This document shows positions 50,003-61,186 of a DNA stretch of 64,000 bases, one piece after another; the stretch's first letter is position 1; every line of letters starts with the position of its first letter. The notes below the pieces were generated by a model. The model was not told the DNA's origin and ran no database searches. It worked only from the letters and a program-made list of their open reading frames with translations. Source of the stretch: an uncultured Gemmatimonadales bacterium. GTDB taxonomy: Bacteria > Gemmatimonadota > Gemmatimonadetes > Gemmatimonadales > GWC2-71-9. The DNA lies in assembly GCA_963828735.1 (NCBI GenBank), contig CAWHFW010000003.1:32001-96000 (forward strand), given 5' to 3'. A program made the translations under genes and the position numbers.

Positions 50003-50942
50003 CGGCGACCTCCCGCGCGGGCGACGCCTCGCGCCATCCCACGAGCAACGCGCGCGCATCGCCAACCAGCACGACGGCCGCGGACGCGTCCGGGCGGCCG
50101 CGCGCGAACTTGACGAGGTCCGCCTCGCCGAGCAGGGCGGCGCAACCCCGGCGCAACGCACCGGCGCTCAGATGGGGCGGCAATGCCCGAAGCACTTCCG
50201 TGCTCGTTCGCTCGCGGGCCGGGATGCCCTCCGCCGCCGCGAGGTAGTCGCGCAGCGCGTCCGCCACGGCCGTGTAGTGCCGCGCGAGGTCTCCGGTCGC
50301 GGCCCAGCCCGCACCTTCGAGCTCGGCCAGGCGCTCGAGCGCCCGCTGGAACGGATCGGCCGCCTCGCTCGCCGCCACGTCCACGGTGGCGAGCGCCGGC
50401 GCCGTGACCAGTGCGCGCCGGCTCCGGCGCCGGAACGCCAGCACCGTGACCAGCATGGCGGACAGGGCGAGCGCGACGTAGCGAGGGTCGGGTCCGGGGA
50501 GCTCGACGATCTCCTTGATGTCCCGCAGCGTCGGGCCGCCGCCCGAGGTGAGCACCGGCGCGATCTCGATCACCACCGGATCGCTCCGAACGGTGCCGTG
50601 AAGGATCACGGCGCCCCGACGAAAATTGATCGCGAACGAGGGGATCGTCTGGCGTCCGGGACGGTAGAAGGCGAGACGCGCTCTCGCCTCGAGGACGCGG
50701 TTGGCGGTGCGCCGCATCGAGTCGACGGACAGAAGCCGGACCCCGTCGGCCAGGGTCACCTCCGGATGCGGCGTGGACTCGAGTAGCGCATCACCTTCGT
50801 ACAGCCGCAGCACCAGCCGCAGGCCGACCGGGTCTCCGACGGTGATACGGCCGGTGTCGGGAATGGCCTCGAACGTCTGCGCGCTCGCCGATGAGACGGC
50901 GATGGCCCCGAACAGCGCGAGGATCAGGACGGCGCCGCGCAT
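49989..50942 (-). CDS. MoxR-operon membrane protein (DUF4381-like), paralog 2
   Basis: Signal peptide, TVGD, LRDIKE, TM helix, ERTSTE, ADLVKFA. Confidence 0.8.
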   Translation of the reverse strand: MRGAVLILALFGAIAVSSASAQTFEAIPDTGRITVGDPVGLRLVLRLYEGDALLESTPHPEVTLADGVRLLSVDSMRRTANRVLEARARLAFYRPGRQTIPSFAINFRRGAVILHGTVRSDPVVIEIAPVLTSGGGPTLRDIKEIVELPGPDPRYVALALSAMLVTVLAFRRRSRRALVTAPALATVDVAASEAADPFQRALERLAELEGAGWAATGDLARHYTAVADALRDYLAAAEGIPARERTSTEVLRALPPHLSAGALRRGCAALLGEADLVKFARGRPDASAAVVLVGDARALLVGWREASPAREVADAVR

Positions 50943-51969
50943 CAGCCCGCCACTCCTTCGGTGGCCGCGGCCTTGAGCGCGCCGCTCCGCTGCCACGCCG
51001 TGAGGAGGTCGCGCGCCGCACGAAGGAACCCATCCGCCTGGCCCGGTCCCGGTCGCAGGCGTGCGAACTTGACGAGATCGGCCGCGTCGAACACGCCCTC
51101 GAACCGTCGTGCGCCGTCTCCGGCAAGCAGCGTCGGAGGCAGCACCCAGCGCAGCTCCGACGTCGTGCGCTCGCGAGCGGGAATTCCGTAGGCTTCGAGG
51201 TAATCGCGAACCGCGTCCGTGATGTCCGCGTAGTGGCGCGACACATCCTGCGCGGCCCAGTGCTCACGCTCGATGGCGGCCAGCCGTGCCATCGCCTGAT
51301 CGTAGGGATCGGGCGGCGGCGGTGGGGAACCCTCCTCCGCGGGCGCGATGGGCACCTCCGTGGGCGCGGACTGGCGCGCCCGCCACGCCAGCCATCCGGC
51401 GACTCCGAGTGCGGCAAATCCCAACAGCAGCTCGAGCGGCGGTCCGCCGCGGGACGCGAGGGGTTCTTTAATGTCCCTCAGCGTCGCCGAGGAGCCTCCG
51501 GCGAGCACCGGCACGACCTCCACGCTCGCGCTGTCGCTCGACAGCGTCCCGCGCGACAGTCCCTTCACCGATCGCATGAACGGCAGCTGGAACACGGGCA
51601 CGGCCTGCCGTCCGGGACGATAGAAGGCGATGCGCGCGCGCCCGACGAAGATGCGGTCCGGCTGGCGCTGCAGCTTCTCGACCGAGAAGATGCGAATCCA
51701 GTCGGGCGGCGTGAGTGCGGGCTTGGGAACCGTGTCGAACAGGAGATCACGCTCGTCGAGCCGTACCCGAAACGCGACGGTAATCGTGTCGCCGACCGTC
51801 GGCCGAGCCGTTTCGGGGGTGACGTCCCAGTGCTGTCCGTGGAGCTGTGCGGCGATCGAGCGGGGAGACGCGACGAGAGCCGCTAGGCCGATCCCGATGG
51901 CCAAGGCCTGGCGCCCGGGAATCCCCAGGACCGACCGGACGATGCGCGCGCGCGACCATTCCCCGCCCG

Positions 51970-51979
<10 letters not shown>
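50942..51979 (-). CDS. MoxR-operon membrane protein (DUF4381-like), paralog 1
   Basis: TVGD, AFYRPGRQ, LRDIKE, TM helix, ERTTSE, ADLVKFA; start approximate. Confidence 0.8.
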
Positions 51980-52847
<868 letters not shown>

Positions 52848-52851
<4 letters not shown>

Positions 52852-53873
52852 GGCACCGGCACCGCCTCGAAGATCCGTCGCAGCAGCGCGTCCGGCCCCA
52901 CGCCTTCGGCATCGGCGCGGTACGTGAGGATGACGCGATGGCGGAGCACGTCGGGGCCGAGGGCCTTGATGTCGTCGGGCGTGACGTACGCGCGCCCCCG
53001 AATGAAGGCGTGCGCCTTGGCGGCGCGCAGGAGGAAGATCGCCGCCCGGGGCGAGGCCCCGAACTCGATGAGCGGCGCGAGGTCCGCCAGCCCGGCGTCG
53101 GCCGGGCGGCGCGTCGCGCCGACGAGGTCGAGCACGTATTCCTTGACCCGCTCGTCGGTGTACACCTGCTGTACCACGCGCCGGGCGCCGAGCACCCGCG
53201 CGGGATCCATCACGCACGTGGCCTCCGGCTCGTCCGGCCCGGTCATCCGGTCCAGCACCTCCCGCTCCTCCCGCCGTTCCGGATAGGTGACGACCAGCTT
53301 GAACATGAAGCGGTCCACCTGCGCCTCGGGCAGCGGATAGGTGCCCTCGTGCTCGATCGGGTTCTGCGTCGCGAGGACCAGGAACAGCTCGGGTAGCGGA
53401 TAGGTCTGCCCGCCGATCGTCACCTGCTTCTCCTGCATCGCCTCGAGCAGCGCGCTCTGCACCTTGGCCGGCGCGCGGTTGATCTCGTCGGCGAGCAGCA
53501 GATTGGTGAAGATGGGACCCTTCTGGACGGTGAAGTCCCCGCTCCGCTGGTTGTAGATCATCGTGCCGATGAGGTCGGCCGGGAGCAGGTCGGGCGTGAA
53601 CTGGATGCGGTGGAACGCCGCCGCGATCGTGCCGGCGAGCGTCCGGATGGAGAGGGTCTTGGCCAGCCCCGGCACGCCCTCGAGCAGCACGTGACCGTCC
53701 GCCAGCAGCCCGATCAACAGCCGCTCGAGCATCGCGTGCTGCCCCACGATGACGCGGCCGAGCTCCGTCATGAGCTCGCCCACCAGCCGGCTCTCCTGCG
53801 CGATCAGTCCGGCATCAGGCAACGCGGAGGCCGCGCGGGGATCGGCCGCGAAGCGCTCGGGAAGGGTTGTCAT
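52848..53873 (-). CDS. moxR: MoxR-family AAA+ ATPase
   Basis: EGVPGLAKT, RIQFTPDLLPAD, DEINRAPAKVQSALLEAMQE, ATQNPIE. Confidence 0.95.
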
Positions 53874-53887
53874 GTTGGGGGAATCTA

Positions 53888-55240
53888 CTACGGCCAATCC
53901 ACGAGCGGGGCGGGTGGGGGACGCACGACGGCCACGGCGAGCGCGCCGGTGGCTGCGAACACTTCCGCGCGATGCCGCCGCTGGACGACCGCCCCCCACA
54001 CGTAGTCGCCGCGCTCGTAGCGCGCCCCGGAGTACCAGAACGTGATCGCGTCGGTCACCGGATCGTACTCGAAGGTCGTGCGATAGACGATGTCCTGGAG
54101 CGTCGGCGTGGCCCCCCTGGTGAGCACCGCGTTCGGCAGCACCTCCCACACGAGCCCGTCCGCGCTCTCGGCGATGTAGACCGCCGGCGTCGCGCAGTCG
54201 GCCTCCGTCTTGGCGTTGTAGACCGCCCAGAACACCTGCCGGCTCGCAATCCATTGTACGTCGATGTGCCAGGGCGAGAGGCCCGGCTGCTTGAGCGCCA
54301 CCCGGGCCGGCGTTCCCCAATGAAGCCCGTCCGCGGAGCGGCGTGCGTCCACCGTGGTGGCGGCGGCACCACATCCTGTCGTCCCGGTGTTGACGGCGAA
54401 CATCCACCAGTCGTCGGCCGCTCGCCGGACGATGCTCGGAGACACCAGCTCGTGGTTCGGGGCGCGCGCCACCTCGAGCGGCGCGGTCCATTGGCGTCCA
54501 TCCGCGGTTCGGACCAGCATCACGAGATTCGCGTCGATGACCTGGCGATAGTAGAGCCAGAGCTCGCCGAGTTCGGGCACGTAGACCAGGTCGGGGTCGG
54601 AGAGATAGCCGGTGTCCGGCAGCACCACCGGATTTGGAACGCCGTTGGTCAGCGACCACAGGTCGCGGCGAGCGCCGTCGAACAGCGACGGGTTCTCGAA
54701 GGACTGGTCCCCATGAGGATACGGCGTGATCGCGAGATGGAAGGGTTGCCCGAAGGCCCCGTCCGGCGTCGCGGCGTAATCCGGATGCACCACCTGGTGC
54801 GAGCCGTCGTAGGTCGGCACGTCGATCGGGAACAGCTCGCCGAACGGCAGCGCCTGGTCGCTCTCCGCGACGGCGGTGAAGATCGCTGGCTCGAGTCCTG
54901 GCAGGGTCGCCTCGACGCTACGCTGGCCCTCGCTCTTCCCGAGCACCCAGCGCGCCTCCGCGTGGCCCTCCTCGTCGGTCGCTGGATCGAGCGGAATGAC
55001 CCGATCATCGCCGACGGCGCGCCATTCGACCTTTACGCCGCGCATCGGCCGGCCGTCGCCGTCGACGACGGTCACGACGATCGGCGTCGGCAGCAGCGTT
55101 CCGATTTGAGCGATCTGTGCGTCGCCGTTGGTCACCTCCAACCGCGCGGGCATCACCGGCCCCGCACCGTCGGCGCACGCCATGGACGACGCAGACAGCA
55201 ACGCGATCGCGTTGGCGACACGATTCGAAACGATGCGCAT
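53888..55240 (-). CDS. Lipoprotein, Ig-like domain plus probable beta-propeller glycoside-hydrolase-like domain
   Basis: SMAC lipobox, NGDAQ Ig-like start, HPD..ENP..SDPD, repeated S.DG..W boxes. Confidence 0.72.
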   Translation of the reverse strand: MRIVSNRVANAIALLSASSMACADGAGPVMPARLEVTNGDAQIAQIGTLLPTPIVVTVVDGDGRPMRGVKVEWRAVGDDRVIPLDPATDEEGHAEARWVLGKSEGQRSVEATLPGLEPAIFTAVAESDQALPFGELFPIDVPTYDGSHQVVHPDYAATPDGAFGQPFHLAITPYPHGDQSFENPSLFDGARRDLWSLTNGVPNPVVLPDTGYLSDPDLVYVPELGELWLYYRQVIDANLVMLVRTADGRQWTAPLEVARAPNHELVSPSIVRRAADDWWMFAVNTGTTGCGAAATTVDARRSADGLHWGTPARVALKQPGLSPWHIDVQWIASRQVFWAVYNAKTEADCATPAVYIAESADGLVWEVLPNAVLTRGATPTLQDIVYRTTFEYDPVTDAITFWYSGARYERGDYVWGAVVQRRHRAEVFAATGALAVAVVRPPPAPLVDWP

Positions 55241-55852
55241 GGGCGATCCGGTGAAAGCGGAGCAACGACGGTTCGTTCGTCGTCCGACGCGCGCTCCTGC
55301 GCGCCGGTTTCGCGCGAAACCGCGGCGACGACCTCGCCGTCAGGAGAGAGATTGTGCCTCTGGCTCTCCGGTCACTCGAGCTTTGACCTCACACATGCGC
55401 GGAACGTTGCTTCGAAACCCCCGCGGCAGTCCTGGTCGCCAGCGGCGTTACCTACGTTGGGAGTGGCGATGAGCAGCTGTACGCCCTCGACGCGAGCGGC
55501 GAGGAGCAGTGGCGGTTCGTGGCGAAGGGGCGGCAGGGAGTTCGAAAACGGCGAAGAACGGTCACCGTGGGACATCTCGGGTTGGTGGGAGGCGAGCGGG
55601 CGGCAGATACGACTGCGGTGACCGAGGCGCTCGGACTGGATGGGAGCGCGGTCTCGCGGCGGCATCAGTGAACCGGGACGCCGGCGGCGAGGGCCCCGGG
55701 TTCGTCCGCGTCAACGGGTCAGGAACGAGCGGCGATCCGATTCCGGACGTCGTGCGGATTCAAACGGTGGCGGAGTACCGACGGGTGAGATGAAGGGTCG
55801 AGGAATCAGACGAGGCGACGGGACAGCCGGAAGCGCGGGCACCCGGAACCGA

Positions 55853-55901
55853 GCGAGGGATCTCCTGCCCCGGGTTCGACCCCGGCGAGAAGATCCCTCG
55901 T
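55853..55901. repeat. REP-like hairpin CGAGGGATCT..AGATCCCTCG nested in larger stem 55783-55925
   Basis: 10 bp perfect arms plus inner GC-rich hairpin with TTCG loop. Confidence 0.65.
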
Positions 55902-55943
55902 TGCTGTCCGGCCTTCACCTCACCCCGCTCGTCCCAAACCCTC

Positions 55944-56219
55944 TCACGTCGGTCCGTTGAACGCCGGATCGCTCGCCCGCGTCCGCAGGTCGGTCTCGGC
56001 CCCGCGGTACCACCCGCCCCGGAACTCGAAGTGGCTCCCGTCCAGAATTCTCGAATTGAGCGCGTCGGTGCCCTGCTGCTGTACCTGCCACAGCAGCACC
56101 TTGGCGCCCATCTCGGCCGCGGTTTCCCAGATATCGGGAACCAGCGGCGGGTAGAGATCGGCGAATTCCGGCTTGAGCCTGGCTTCCCGAGGCGTGAACT
56201 CCATCCCTACCTCCAGCAT
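55944..56219 (-). CDS. Hypothetical protein
   Basis: Protein-like composition (REARLKPEFADLYP..HFEFRGG); start may be 56204. Confidence 0.65.
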   Translation of the reverse strand: MLEVGMEFTPREARLKPEFADLYPPLVPDIWETAAEMGAKVLLWQVQQQGTDALNSRILDGSHFEFRGGWYRGAETDLRTRASDPAFNGPT

Positions 56220-56373
56220 GATCGAGGCGAGCCCGCGCGGTCCGGGCGACGAGAGCTAGGATAATGCAGCCCGACCGGCAGAGCCACCAGGGGCCGTGCG
56301 ACCGGTGCGCGCCCCTCCCGTCCCTTCCCTGACACCGCCACTATTCGGGTCGCCTCATCGGGACACGTTCGTC

Positions 56374-57411
56374 ATGCGCATTGTGGTGACCTTCGACACT
56401 CCGTACGACGGGTGGGAGCACCCGGATCACGAGCGCCAGATGGCGACCGAGGTTGCGGCGTGGAAACACGATGAGCCCGAGATGGAGTACCAGATCGCCG
56501 ACGCCCTGCGGCTCAAGGGGCACGACGTGATGCTGGTCGGTGTGCGCAACGACCTGCAGTACCTGGTTCGGTGCCTCGAGGAGATCCGACCGGACCTGGT
56601 CTTCAACGGGGTCGAGGCCTTCCACGGCCACGCCGGCCTCGAGTACATGGTCCCCGGCATGCTCGAAGCCGAGGGTTACCGCTATACCGGGTCCCCGCCG
56701 CTCTCGCTGTTGGTGTCGCGCAACAAGGCCATGAGCAAGAAAATCCTCGCGTTCCACGGGATCCGGGTTCCTGCCTTCGTCACCTGCCGGCCAGGCGAGG
56801 CCCTGACCGTGCCCCCGGATCTCCGGTTTCCGCTCATCGTCAAGCCGCTCCAGACCGACGCTTCGGCGGGGATCGCGCAGGCGTCGGTGGTGCAGGACCA
56901 GTCGTCGCTCGCCGACCGGGTCGCCATGATGCACGATCGGTTCGACCAGCCCGCGATCGCCGAGGAGTTCGTGGACGGCCGCGAGCTTTACGTGAGCCTG
57001 CTCGGCAACGGCAACGACCTCGACATCCTGCCGATCACCGAGATGGTGTTTGACAAACGGAGGACCCGTCCGGAGGAGCGTATCGCCACCCAGAGCGCGA
57101 AGTGGGACGAGGACTATCGGTCGCGGAAGGGCATTCGCAACGTGTTCGCGAGGCCCCTGGCGCGTCCGGTACGGCACCGGATCGAGGATATCTGCCGGAC
57201 GGCCTTCCGCGCGCTCTGGTTGCGGGACTACGCCCGGCTCGACGTGCGCGTCGCGGCCGACGGCGAGGTCTGGGTACTCGAGGCCAACGCCAACCCCTTC
57301 ATCAGCTACGGGCACGACATGGCCAACGCGGCACAAAAGGCCGGGATGGACTACTACGAGTTCATCCAGCGGCTGGTCGACGAGGCGATCGCACGGTATG
57401 AGCATGCGTAG
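56374..57411 (+). CDS. D-Ala-D-Ala ligase-like ATP-grasp enzyme
   Basis: DLVFN..E, YTGS, NKAMSK, FPLIVKP..DAS.GI, EEFVDGRE, YARLD.R, LEANANP. Confidence 0.9.
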   Translation: MRIVVTFDTPYDGWEHPDHERQMATEVAAWKHDEPEMEYQIADALRLKGHDVMLVGVRNDLQYLVRCLEEIRPDLVFNGVEAFHGHAGLEYMVPGMLEAEGYRYTGSPPLSLLVSRNKAMSKKILAFHGIRVPAFVTCRPGEALTVPPDLRFPLIVKPLQTDASAGIAQASVVQDQSSLADRVAMMHDRFDQPAIAEEFVDGRELYVSLLGNGNDLDILPITEMVFDKRRTRPEERIATQSAKWDEDYRSRKGIRNVFARPLARPVRHRIEDICRTAFRALWLRDYARLDVRVAADGEVWVLEANANPFISYGHDMANAAQKAGMDYYEFIQRLVDEAIARYEHA

Positions 57412-58411
57412 CAGGTCGCGCCATCGTCCGGCACCGCGCGCGGAGTACCGCTGCGTCTGCGGGCATGGGCTCAAGAAGTACTGGGCCTACTGCGGCAACT
57501 GCGGCCGGGCCCAGCAGTGGAAGGATCTGGGCCAGGTGACCGGCGCGGAATGCTTCAGCTGCGGTTGGGTGGTGAGCGACCGGTTCTCCCACTGCCCGTG
57601 GTGCGACGCCGACATTCACGAGGAGGGCTACTCCAGCGAGCGGCCGCTGAAGGCGCCGCGAGGCTTCCGCATGGACGCTCGCTGCGACTGGGGATGCGGC
57701 GGCGGCGTCCAGTACCCCATGCCCTATTGCCCCTGGTGCGGGCGGCCGCAGAGCTGGAATGAGGAAGACGTGTTCGAGGGCGAATGCCCGCACTGCGATC
57801 GAGGGGTGGACGACTGGATGAACATCTGCCCCTGGTGCGGCCTCGACGCCACGGGACGGGACCTGATCCCGAGGGCGCTCACCCGCGTGCGCCGGCTGCT
57901 CCTGGTCTCGCGGATCCGCGATTGGGGCTATCGCGTGCTGCTCCGCCCTGGCGTGTCGGGCGTGGACCCGCGGTATCCAAAGGCGGTCGAGATCGAGCAG
58001 CGCTACGTCATCGGCAACAAGCGCCCCGACGAGATCTCGTGGACCATGCTGGTCGGCCTCATCACCCACGAGCTCGGCCACAGCTTCCTGTATCACCACT
58101 GGGACTGGGCCAGGAGTCGGAGCTTCCGCCGCGCCTTCGGCGAGGTGGACAAGGCCTACCGCGGCATGGACAACACCTGGGTGTACTTCCAGCGCCGCCG
58201 CATCGCCATTGCTCCGCGTGACTTCGTGAGCACCTACGCGGCGAAACATCCCCAGGAAGACTTCGCCGAGGTCTTCCGTTTCTACGTCACGCGCCGGGGT
58301 CGCCTGCGCGACCTGTTCGCGGAATTCGGGCAGAAGCGGAAGGGCGTGATCCTCTATGAGAAGTTCCTGGTCCTGCACGACTTCGTGCGGGCACTGCGTG
58401 GGTGGGGCTGA
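57398..58411 (+). CDS. Putative zinc metallopeptidase with four N-terminal zinc-ribbon units
   Basis: Eight Cys pairs; HELGH; YAAKHPQEDFAE. Confidence 0.85.
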   Translation: MSMRSRSRHRPAPRAEYRCVCGHGLKKYWAYCGNCGRAQQWKDLGQVTGAECFSCGWVVSDRFSHCPWCDADIHEEGYSSERPLKAPRGFRMDARCDWGCGGGVQYPMPYCPWCGRPQSWNEEDVFEGECPHCDRGVDDWMNICPWCGLDATGRDLIPRALTRVRRLLLVSRIRDWGYRVLLRPGVSGVDPRYPKAVEIEQRYVIGNKRPDEISWTMLVGLITHELGHSFLYHHWDWARSRSFRRAFGEVDKAYRGMDNTWVYFQRRRIAIAPRDFVSTYAAKHPQEDFAEVFRFYVTRRGRLRDLFAEFGQKRKGVILYEKFLVLHDFVRALRGWG

Positions 58412-58554
58412 GGAGCGCGGTCAGACGGGTCAGCGCGGGCCACGATCCCGAACCCAACGAGGGACCTCCTTCGCGGGTGTCCACCCGGCTAGGGAGATCC
58501 CTCATCTTGCCTGAGTAGGCATCTTGCCTGCGTAGCCTCCCACACACCGGAGCG

Positions 58555-58673
58555 CCGGGCGCAGGCGGGGGTGCCGCTCGCAGAGGGAGCGTCAGCGCGC
58601 GCTCACCTCACTGCGAGATCTCAAACGCCGAGCGCGCTGCAGCGACCGGCGCGAGCGGCACCTCCGCCGGAGC
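58555..58673 (+). repeat. ~118 bp structured intergenic repeat, copy E (most diverged)
   Basis: Same core with compensatory changes CAGCGCGC/GCGCGCTG and GGTGCC/GGCACC. Confidence 0.88.
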
Positions 58674-58705
58674 CATTGCACCGACCCCGAGCCGCCCAAC
58701 CCCCG

Positions 58706-60304
58706 TTACCGGTCCGCCAGCACCTCCATCGCGGCGTTCCGCCCGTTGATCCCGATCACGCTCCCGCCCGGATGCGTCCCCGCCCCGCAAAGGAACACCC
58801 CCGGCATCGGCGTCCGCGCCTGCAGCCGACGGTCCCACATGTACGCCGGCAGGATCTCCCCCTGAAAGATGTGCCCGCCCGTGAGGCCCACCCGCCGCTC
58901 GATGTCCGGCGGTCCAAGCACGTCGATCGCCGTGATTGCCCCCGGCAGGTTGCTGCAGAACCGCGCGATCGAGTTCACGACCGTCTGTCCCGCCTCCTCG
59001 CGCCGCGTATCCCAGGTCCCTTCCTTGAACCGGTGCGGCACGTACTGGGCGAAGACGCTCAGCGTATGCACGTGGTCGGGCGCGACCGAACGATCGAACA
59101 CCGTCTGCAGATAGAGCTCGCACCAGGTGCGCGGGGGAAGGACGCCGTCATTGGCCATCCGGTGGTAGTCGCGCCACTCGCGCTTCGAGAGCGGCGTGTT
59201 CACCTGCCCCGTGTGATGCGGCTCGTTCGTGCCCGGCCGCGCGGTGAAGTTGGGGAGCTCCGTGAGGGTCATGTTCACCTTCACCGTCACTCCTTCGATC
59301 GGAATCCCCCGCACCTGCGCCGCCCAGGCCGGGTCCGCGGCCCCGTCGAGCAGGCGGAGGGTGACCCGCGGATCGGCATTGGACACGACGCTCGGCGCGC
59401 GGATCCGCTCGCCCGACTCGAGCTCCACGCCCTCGCCCGGCACGATGCGCGCGACCGGCACGCCCGCGGCAACGGTGACTCCTGACTCGCGCGCGATGTC
59501 GCACAGCAGAAAGGACACCATCCCCATGCCGCCGTCCACGTAGCCCCACGTGCCTGGCAGACCCTCCATGCGCCCGGAGGCATGATGGAACAGGATCGAG
59601 GCCGTGCCCGCGTCGAACGGGCTGGCGTTGGTGCCGATGACGCCCTGGCCGAGATACGCGAGCTGCAGGCGCTCGTCGCGCAGGTAGCGCTCGACCATCT
59701 CCACCATCGACCACTCGAAGAGCAGCCCGCGCGCCTCGGCGTCGCCGCCCAGGCGTTGCTCGAGGGCTTCGCGCGAAGGTGAGGGCCCGATCCACACGTC
59801 GCCCTCGCCGTCCGGCCGCAGGAGGTCGCGGAGGCGATCCTTGACCGCCTTCATCGCCCGCCAGCCGGCCACGTCCCCAGGTGAGAACCGCCGAACCTCC
59901 TCCTCGCAGCGCTCGTCGTCCTCCCACAGCTGAACACTGCCCCCGTCCTCGAACGGCATGAACATTCCGCCGGCCGCCGGCGTCCAGCGGAACCCGTGAC
60001 CCGCGAGATCGAGCTCCCGCATCACCAGCGGATGCAGCAGGCCGGCCACGTAGGCGCAGGGGGACATGCGGACCCCGGGCCAGGGCTCCTCGAGCGTGCA
60101 CGCGCCTCCCACCTGCTCGCGCGCCTCGAGGACCAGCACCCGTCGACCCGCGCGCGCGAGATAGGCCGCGCAAGCGAGGCCGTTGTGCCCGGCTCCGACG
60201 ACGATCACATCCCATTGGCGGCCGGCGAGCGTGCGCACCGGGTCGGGCAGGCCCACACGCCCAAGCACCGCGCCGGTCGGGCTATCCTGATACCGACGGT
60301 TCAC
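58706..60304 (-). CDS. Second phytoene dehydrogenase-like FAD oxidoreductase
   Basis: GAGHNGL, GGACTLEE, WGYVDGGMG, GLTGGHIFQG, LCGAGTHPGGSV. Confidence 0.92.
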   Translation of the reverse strand: MNRRYQDSPTGAVLGRVGLPDPVRTLAGRQWDVIVVGAGHNGLACAAYLARAGRRVLVLEAREQVGGACTLEEPWPGVRMSPCAYVAGLLHPLVMRELDLAGHGFRWTPAAGGMFMPFEDGGSVQLWEDDERCEEEVRRFSPGDVAGWRAMKAVKDRLRDLLRPDGEGDVWIGPSPSREALEQRLGGDAEARGLLFEWSMVEMVERYLRDERLQLAYLGQGVIGTNASPFDAGTASILFHHASGRMEGLPGTWGYVDGGMGMVSFLLCDIARESGVTVAAGVPVARIVPGEGVELESGERIRAPSVVSNADPRVTLRLLDGAADPAWAAQVRGIPIEGVTVKVNMTLTELPNFTARPGTNEPHHTGQVNTPLSKREWRDYHRMANDGVLPPRTWCELYLQTVFDRSVAPDHVHTLSVFAQYVPHRFKEGTWDTRREEAGQTVVNSIARFCSNLPGAITAIDVLGPPDIERRVGLTGGHIFQGEILPAYMWDRRLQARTPMPGVFLCGAGTHPGGSVIGINGRNAAMEVLADR

Positions 60305-60407
60305 GAAGTCTCCTGATCGGACGAAACGAGCGGCAGGACCAATCTAAGAGGGGCAGACACGGCACGAGGTAAGGTGGGCCGGCGCGCGGCGGGACCGGGC
60401 ATCAGTG

Positions 60408-61184
60408 TCAGGCGAGCAGGATAAGCACGCCCCACAGCACCAGGCCCACGCCGGCCAGGCGCGCGGCCCATTCGCCACGAGTCAGCAGCCTCTCGATGAA
60501 GACGAATCCGGCGAGCACCGCCACCCACACCAGGTTCATCACGCCCGCGACGAACAGGAGGGCCATGAGGAGCCCGCAACAGCCGACGCAAAAGGTCCCG
60601 TGTCGCACGCCCATGACGAGCGCGCCCCCCGTCCCTTCACGCCAGCCTGCCGTGAACACGTGAAACGGCGACCGGCAGTGAGCCAGACACGAGCCCTTGG
60701 TGGGCAGCCACTGATAGATCCCGGCCGTGATGAGGAGGGCCGCGGCGAACGCCGGGCTCGACGCGGCCATCGATGGGGAGAGCAGCGCGCGGCGGTGAAG
60801 CTCCCACTGCGCCGTGCCGGCAACCGCCGCGTAGGCCATCCATACCGCGAGGTATCCGAGCATGAACGCGCCGACCGGGGCGGACGGTATTCCTTCGAGC
60901 CTGCGCCGGCGAGCCACGCCGTCGAAGAGGAGGATCGTGGGTGCGGCCGACGGGAGCATCATCGCCACCATCATGACCATCCACATGCCGATCAACCAGG
61001 CGAGCGTCGGTGTGCTTCCGACACCAGTCCCCGCCACGCTCGGCATCCCGGGCATCGCGACGACACGCGCCGCCGACCCCCCCGACATCGCCATCCGGAC
61101 CACGTAGCCCCAGGCGAGCACCGTCAATCCGATGAGACCGGCAACCGTCACCGCGCGGTCCCGCCGGACTACTCCGTCGAGCAC
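60408..61184 (-). CDS. DUF2182 predicted metal-binding membrane protein
   Basis: W..MMVAMMLPS, YQ..P.K..CL.HCRSP, CVGCC..LM..LF..GVMN. Confidence 0.9.
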   Translation of the reverse strand: MLDGVVRRDRAVTVAGLIGLTVLAWGYVVRMAMSGGSAARVVAMPGMPSVAGTGVGSTPTLAWLIGMWMVMMVAMMLPSAAPTILLFDGVARRRRLEGIPSAPVGAFMLGYLAVWMAYAAVAGTAQWELHRRALLSPSMAASSPAFAAALLITAGIYQWLPTKGSCLAHCRSPFHVFTAGWREGTGGALVMGVRHGTFCVGCCGLLMALLFVAGVMNLVWVAVLAGFVFIERLLTRGEWAARLAGVGLVLWGVLILLA

Positions 61185-61186
61185 CG

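Noticed and set aside
55865..55890. tRNA suggested by GGGTTCGACCC
   Set aside because: No acceptor stem, D-arm, anticodon arm or CCA around it
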